DNA of 56,798 bases, filler included, from Stramenopiles sp. TOSAG23-3 (Eukaryota): assembly GCA_900128585.1 (NCBI GenBank). It is 6 parts of 6 records of this genome, joined end to end, with 100 filler letters (N's around TTAATTAATTAA, not from the genome) between each part and the next. Parts side by side here need not be neighbours in the genome. Positions count along the whole stretch, not along the records: positions 51,003 to 52,868 come from LT645305.1; positions 52,969 to 54,833 come from LT645306.1; positions 54,934 to 56,798 come from LT645307.1; 3 more parts are not named here. The stretch is one strand, 5' to 3'. Of this stretch, positions 51,082 through 56,798 are shown piece after piece; position 1 is the first letter of the stretch, and every line of letters starts with the position of its first letter. The notes under the pieces are model-generated. The model ran no database searches, was not told where the DNA came from, and saw only the letters and a program-made list of their open reading frames with translations. Position numbers and translations under genes: made by a program.

Positions 51082-52868
51082 AATTTCCCTAGGTGAACAA
51101 AATACTCCTTTTTCGAAAACATTTGATAGCATTTACGATGACCACTCTTCTGTCAGTATGACCACTGATGCTTTTATCGAGCGCATCAAAGCGCAAGTGC
51201 AACAAACAGAACCGTTAAGTCCATCAAATATATCTGAAGAAACACTGTCAGTGACAAAATGTATCAGTAATAATTTGCAAACATTATCGATGGACATACT
51301 GCAATTACTGCACCTCAAGAAAAATCGGTACGCATTAGAGTTCGAGATGTATAAACAAGGCCTCGTTGATAAGGCCCCAATGTACGATATTTGGCAATCT
51401 AGTGTAGGCCCAGCTGTGTATCTTACATGCGGTTTGGTTTCTATTTTGAATGAGCAAGAGCAGATGGGGTCCTTGGTATTGGAGGAGAACTCAAATCATC
51501 TCCCGTCGCGCATTTTTACGGTACAGGATTGCTGTGATTTCTTCTGGGCATTCGTTGTCGTGACGCCTTTGCCAGCGCCTCACAACAATGAATTAATTTT
51601 GCTCTTAAGGCGCACCATTCATTATGCTTCAAAACATCCCGGTGTTGATGGACAACAGGCTGCTCGATTTTCTGTTGGTATGCTTCAGCGTGCACTTGTT
51701 GAAGGAGAATCGCCGGCTTGCTGTAAAAACGATGTATTTCATGCGATACTAAAGATAGCAACGCCGTTGCTTAATACGCCCCTCGCCGGTTACAGTATTG
51801 CCCCACTCGTGGGTGTCTTGTCTAATGTCGCTGCAAGCAAACGTCCTTCTTTATGTATTATATGGAATTTGTACATGATGTCTAAGCTGTTACAGTTCAA
51901 CCATAATCAGAGCAGCACGCAAAGGCATGTTGTACATGCTAAAGAACGGTGTTCTATAACAGGGCAGTTTCCAATTATTGGTCCTCTTTACCTTTGTATT
52001 TCTAGGCCTTTTAGCATTTGCGAAGCTGCATGGAAGGATTCTTCCAACGCGGAAAGGTTTTGGGATGATATATTCTTAAAAATTAAGCTTCCAATGACAA
52101 GTGAACTTCCGCATGCCGGGCTGGTGTTTAACCTATACGACAATGCTGCGTCGGCATTTTCGACAGTACAAGATTCTCCAAAGCGTTGGGATCCAAAACT
52201 TTGCCATGAAGGTGTTAAATGTAGCAACTCTTTGTGCGTAAACAATGGTGTCATTAGGGGTACTCGATACATGTCAATTGTTGAAGACTGCTACAATTTA
52301 TGCGAAACATGCGAGGCGATTGGTTTTGCGGACTTCCGAACTCCCCGACCCATATTTGCAGCGATACGGCGACCACTTCGAAACGAATGCATCGTAGCAA
52401 TTGCAAAAAATACTGTACTTATCGATACCGTTTTGAACAACCAAAATAATGCGGCGGAGAGCTCAACCGGTAGCCTTGATGCCGGTAATAATCCAATTGA
52501 AACTTCCGCGAGTCCACGCGATGCAGAAGTAGTGACTAGCTCACAAATGTTCAACACTTTATTTGATCTTCTTACAAACATAACATTTGTGAAACCGTTT
52601 CAAATCAAATTATTTTTATTGGCGAACAGAGTGTTATGCCAAGTTTCCGCTTATGCACTGCCATACACAATAATACAAATGGTGCAAACAGAAATGTTTT
52701 CGTCGTACGTTTGGGCATTGTCATGTTCCGAGCAGCCATTTGCTTTCAGTGCCGCCTCAAGGTTGATTAATGTTTTCCTCCAGGTAATCAGCAAAAATAC
52801 ACACAGTGACTATCTCAATTCCCTTTCAATCCTTCGTTCCCGTCTAAAAGATGTTGCATTGGATATTG
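51082..52868 (+). CDS. Internal fragment of a large helical protein with two ZZ-type zinc-finger-like domains
   Basis: HAKERCSITGQFPIIGPLYLC..ICE and HEGVKCSNSLC..IRGTRY..YNLCETCE. The ORF is open to the contig end. Confidence 0.7.
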
Positions 52869-52968
52869 NNNNNNNNNNNNNNNNNNNNNNNNNNNNNNNN
52901 NNNNNNNNNNNNTTAATTAATTAANNNNNNNNNNNNNNNNNNNNNNNNNNNNNNNNNNNNNNNNNNNN
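52869..52968. other. Artificial contig linker
   Basis: TTAATTAATTAA at 52913-52924 within Ns. Confidence 0.97.
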
Positions 52969-52989
52969 CTGAAAGCGGAGCGGGAAGTA

Positions 52990-53313
52990 TTAACATTTAT
53001 AAACAACTATTCCCACCGTGTTAAAGACTAAATAGAGCATAAACTTTGCTTCGTAGGTAACTTCGTATCCAAAGCCTTCCCCAATCACACAGTGCCAAGA
53101 GGGGCCGTATTTATGGTCCAAACTCTCCTTAATGTTTCGAGCAGCAGTCTCATATTGACCCACGGAGCAATACTTTTCAACAGCCATAGTAACGATTTCT
53201 GTAGTTTCTACACGCAAGTCTTGGTTCATATCCGTCATTTTTGTAATAACTTTACTGGTTTTTAACTTCTGCAGAGCTTTCCTTTTTTCCTCGTCCCAGA
53301 CACCCTCGTTCAT
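52990..53313 (-). CDS. DNAL4: Dynein light chain type 1 (LC8 family), axonemal light chain 4-like
   Basis: TDMNQDLRVETTEIVTMAVEKY..AARNIKESLDHKYGPSWHCVIGEGFGYEVTYE..VYKC. Confidence 0.8.
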   Translation of the reverse strand: MNEGVWDEEKRKALQKLKTSKVITKMTDMNQDLRVETTEIVTMAVEKYCSVGQYETAARNIKESLDHKYGPSWHCVIGEGFGYEVTYEAKFMLYLVFNTVGIVVYKC

Positions 53314-54334
53314 TCTTCTTCTTTTGGCAGGTGGGCTTTGCTACGTTTTATCCTAAACAAATAAATATTCAACGTAATTGAATAGAGAAATCTCTGAGAT
53401 TAGACAATCGATGTAAGTTTTGTTGAAAATAAATTTGACTGTTTGTGTAGTTTCGGTGAAGGCTCCGGCAGCATTTGCATTATTTTGGATTCAAGTTTCA
53501 TTTAAATCAAAATGTGTGTGTGCGGGTGCCCTTCATTATTGTGTTGGTACCGGTTGTTCGTTGACCTGTTATTCACCTCCTCTGTTGTTGTTTCCGTTTA
53601 ACAACTCTCCTCCTCTCCTCAGTAATGCTCTGCAGCGGTATTTATAAATTATTGTAGTATTATAGTGTTTTCAGTAATAATATTATAGCAGGTCCACCAG
53701 GAGCTAGAAGAAGTGTATAAATACCAGTAAACACGCTTGAAATAGCAGCGGCAATAAAAACAACTGAATAAAATGGCACTCAAACCACATGCAGTTCGTT
53801 GACAAGCATCTATAAAATCCAATAAAGCTTTTAAAAACTGGACTGCCGTGCACAATAGATTGCAGAGACGACTACGAGTCCTCGTAGTTGTTTACTGTTG
53901 AATATAATGAATACGATTTACCAAAGGATAAAATATTTTGAATTTCTAGCATTGTTTTACTGTACCACCCCTGCTTATAGTTTAAATTATCGATCAGTAG
54001 TTTAAATTATTGGTTTGCTCCTCAATATGCTGCATTTTTAGATTGCTATCGCAATGGACTTCGTACTCCTCATCTACTAGTCCACTAGGTATTCTAGATT
54101 ATTTACGACTAGGGCTCCTACGGTAAATATTACCAGTATAATTAAATAAAAAAGGACTTTTCTCGTTCGTAATTCAAAGAATCAGAGTCTTCGTATTAAT
54201 AGTACGGTCTCATAATACCCGTACCGGTACCAGGTACCTGCAAATAAAAAAACCGCGCTTACGGACAGGGTCTTCTTTTGGGATTATTTTCACTTTTTTT
54301 AACATAAAATAGCATAGACTATTATCATTAGCAT

Positions 54335-54833
54335 ATGCATACGATAGAATTTAGAGTTAAGGGAGGAAAAAACCGTCCAAGGAAAATTGATGCCGGAACT
54401 GTTCAACAAAGGGAAATGTTTGAGTACTATTTTGTACATGGAGGTTATACCATTAGTGGCATTGCCGATGGGAGGAATTGTGCGCCCCACAAAGTTAAAC
54501 GGCGAACACCCTCGCGCTGGATTCAGTGGTCCCCCACGTAGGACTGCCCACCGGCCCACAATCAAAAACTTGTGAATTTGAATAACGGGGCAACGTATTT
54601 GACAACAGAACAGCTGGAAGCATTGAGGCGGTTTGTTCTGGGCAACCCGATGTTTTACCTAGACGAAATCCGACATCGTCTACCCGAATTGGAGCTTCCG
54701 ATTGTTTCTGTTACAATCCGGATGAGACCCAAAAACAGGTTGGAACCTCAAAGCGACAGAGAGGGTGGGCAATTTGTGGATCTGACGCGAAGGTACTGGA
54801 ATTTTTCCTTGGGAAAACCGATTTTACGTTCTC
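54335..54833 (+). pseudogene. Decayed Tc1/IS630-like transposase, N-terminal HTH region
   Basis: LEALRRFVLGNPMFYLDEIRHRL..VSVTI resembles the Tc1/IS630 second HTH. The upstream part (54335-54541) is broken by a stop; no DDE domain before the contig end. Confidence 0.5.
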
Positions 54834-54933
54834 NNNNNNNNNNNNNNNNNNNNNNNNNNNNNNNNNNNNNNNNNNNNTTAATTAATTAANNNNNNNNNNN
54901 NNNNNNNNNNNNNNNNNNNNNNNNNNNNNNNNN
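54834..54933. other. Artificial contig linker
   Basis: TTAATTAATTAA at 54878-54889 within Ns. Confidence 0.97.
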
Positions 54934-56798
54934 GCCAAATATGTGCGAAAGGGACATACCAAGACGCAACGGGCCAAACAACGTGTGAAAACTGCACTGC
55001 TGGGCGATACCTCAGTGATGATCGAACGGAGTTGATTCTTCATGATAACATAACGGACTGTATTGATTGCGATGCAGGTCAGTACAGCAATGTCGTGGGC
55101 GCTTCTAGCGAATGCGCGTGCCAAAATTGTGCCGTGGTAAGTATATAAAAATGTTTCATTACAAGACAAAATTTGATTTTCGACTAACAAGTATCGATTT
55201 ACAAAGGGTCAATATTCTGATCGAGTTGGCGAACCTGTCTGCAAGAAGTGCGACAGTGGAAAATTTCAAGGAGTACAAGGACAAGTGCAGTGTGACAATT
55301 GCGAGCCACTTAAATCATCCAACCAAGGGGAATCAAAATGTTCCCCGCTTGAACTGTTTACGTTGAAAAACGCAAAAGATGAAGACATCGTTACAGACAT
55401 CTTGGAACAAGAGCTGGTGGAGTACAAAATTTCTACGACCTACACGATACCGACCCAGGTAAAGATCCTTGTGCGATTGAATGGGTCAGGGTGCAACTTG
55501 GTTGATAGTAACAATAAAGAAATGGTCGTGCTGTTCAAAGATGGCGAGAGAGAAACAAAAATTATCGTATTGGAGAGTCTATCGGATCCATTGGGTGCAA
55601 CTGCGAAAAACGAAAAATTACATACTTGCAGCGTAACCCACACCCTTGGAACATCCTTCACAGCCACAGATACAGAACAGAACAGAACAGATACGTTTAC
55701 AAAGGGCTACAAAGGCGGAAACCTTGTCATCAACGTGCGTTCAAAGGGCTGCGGGATTGGCGAGTCGTTTTTTAAAGATGTTAACGGCACCATTCGCGAA
55801 AGTCCCCGGCACTGCATATGCAACCCCCTGTTCTTTAAACCGCCGAAAGAAGATTGCCAAAGGTGCCCGTCCCAAGGGTTGGTCTGCGAAACTGTCGGTA
55901 CTGGGATACCAAACATCGCCCCTGGGTTCTGGCGAGCCGATCCAAAAAGCGCAAACTTCAAAGAGTACCCTCTGTACATTTGCGAACTGGATTCGTGTGT
56001 TGGTGGAAATGACACCGAAAGCATTTGCGCAGAGGGTTACACCGGGCCAATTTGCGGTATGTGCGCGCCCGAATTTGTGTTTCAGATGGGGCAGTGTGTG
56101 CATTGCCCCGGTTATGTATCCGAGGGAGGGGCGACGACGCCGCCGCCACAAATGCTGTTAGCGGCAATGTTCTGCCTTGCGCTACTTGTCATTTCGTTGT
56201 ATCTGTTTCTTACCCTCCCCGCTCTTAGCACAGGAGAATTGAGGGATTTAAGAACGAAACTCAGCCAATTGGATATAAACCGTATTTTTCCGAGACCCGG
56301 TAGCAAGTTGTCTGCGCTAGAATTTAGTGTTTTAGAGCATGAGGTATACGGCGGCTTGACAGACAATGAGATTCACTACATTTTTCACGTCATTGACACG
56401 GACCAGAACGATTTTATTACCAAAGAGGAGCTGGTCGTACGTACAGTTTCAAATAATACACCCCTCCGCTCCCACTAACACACGTTTTTGCTCAACAGGA
56501 ATTCATAACCGATGGAGGGAAGCTTGACATGGACAAACTTTCGGAGACGCAGGAAGATCTTGCTGAACGCCAGGAACACGCCGCAGAGAGCCTCCAAACC
56601 ATTGGGGTAGCGACGACAAAGTTCAAGATAATGTTAACGTACACGCAGTGCATGACGTTTCTGCCCGTCGTCTTTGTAAGTCTTAGCTTGTTTCAACACC
56701 AATTTTACTCAAAAAGACCCAAAACCTAACCACCCCGCTTTTCATGTTATGTGCACAACGCAGGAAGTGCCTTGGCCAAAGACGATGGTAAAAATGAT
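54934..56798 (+). CDS. Partial membrane protein: Cys-rich ephrin-receptor-like/GCC2-GCC3 repeats, TM helix, EF-hand, start of a multi-TM region; exons 54934-55136, 55207-56436, 56499-56675, 56764-end
   Basis: CxxCxxGxY repeats; CAEGYTGPICGMC; EF loop DTDQNDFITKEE; KFKIMLTYTQ..VPWP. Removing three GT-AG introns gives one continuous frame. Confidence 0.85.
55137..55206 (+). other. Spliceosomal intron (70 nt)
   Basis: GTAAGT donor, GACTAAC branch, AAG acceptor; phase 0, restores the frame. Confidence 0.85.
56437..56498 (+). other. Spliceosomal intron (62 nt)
   Basis: GTACGT donor, CACTAAC branch, CAG acceptor; completes the EF-hand helix (KEELV-EFI). Confidence 0.88.
56676..56763 (+). other. 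Spliceosomal intron (88 nt)
   Basis: GTAAGT donor, CCTAAC branch, CAG acceptor; joins PVVF to EVPWP. Confidence 0.85.

Noticed and set aside
51003-52868. TIR transposon or linear element with terminal inverted repeats
   Set aside because: The repeat is part of a host-type ORF, there is no transposase, and both copies end at contig edges; a chimera is more likely.

Overview
Eukaryotic, intron-poor DNA from a flagellated protist (it has an axonemal dynein light chain); a stramenopile-like single-cell assembly is my inference. The window is NOT contiguous: it is six contigs (1-16922, 17023-33918, 34019-50902, 51003-52868, 52969-54833, 54934-56798) joined by N-TTAATTAATTAA-N linkers. Two contigs end in fold-back duplications typical of MDA/assembly chimeras. 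Most genes are ordinary eukaryotic ones: an SLC1/DAACS transporter, RCC1-BTB, ankyrin, two giant coiled-coil proteins, RhoGEF, ARM-CaaX, PWWP-Tudor-TFIIS-N, M48 peptidase, PWI, cytochrome b5-like, HAT, ZZ-finger, DNAL4-like and a Cys-rich membrane protein with three clear introns. There is also a decayed Tc1/IS630-like transposase. The stand-out is an AT-rich minus-strand locus at 41271-47051. It carries a probable T5orf172/GIY-YIG-like nuclease ORF, overlapped by TAATG with a restriction-enzyme/giant-virus-type SF2 (DEAH) helicase fused to RI-like LRRs and three PDZ-like repeats. This looks like a candidate nuclease-helicase-LRR defence/sensor module, although reading-frame breaks leave its integrity uncertain. 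Non-coding DNA shows a mosaic repeat family next to gene 3' ends, a two-copy hairpin element, and TACGAGG/GTAC-rich motifs in 5' regions.
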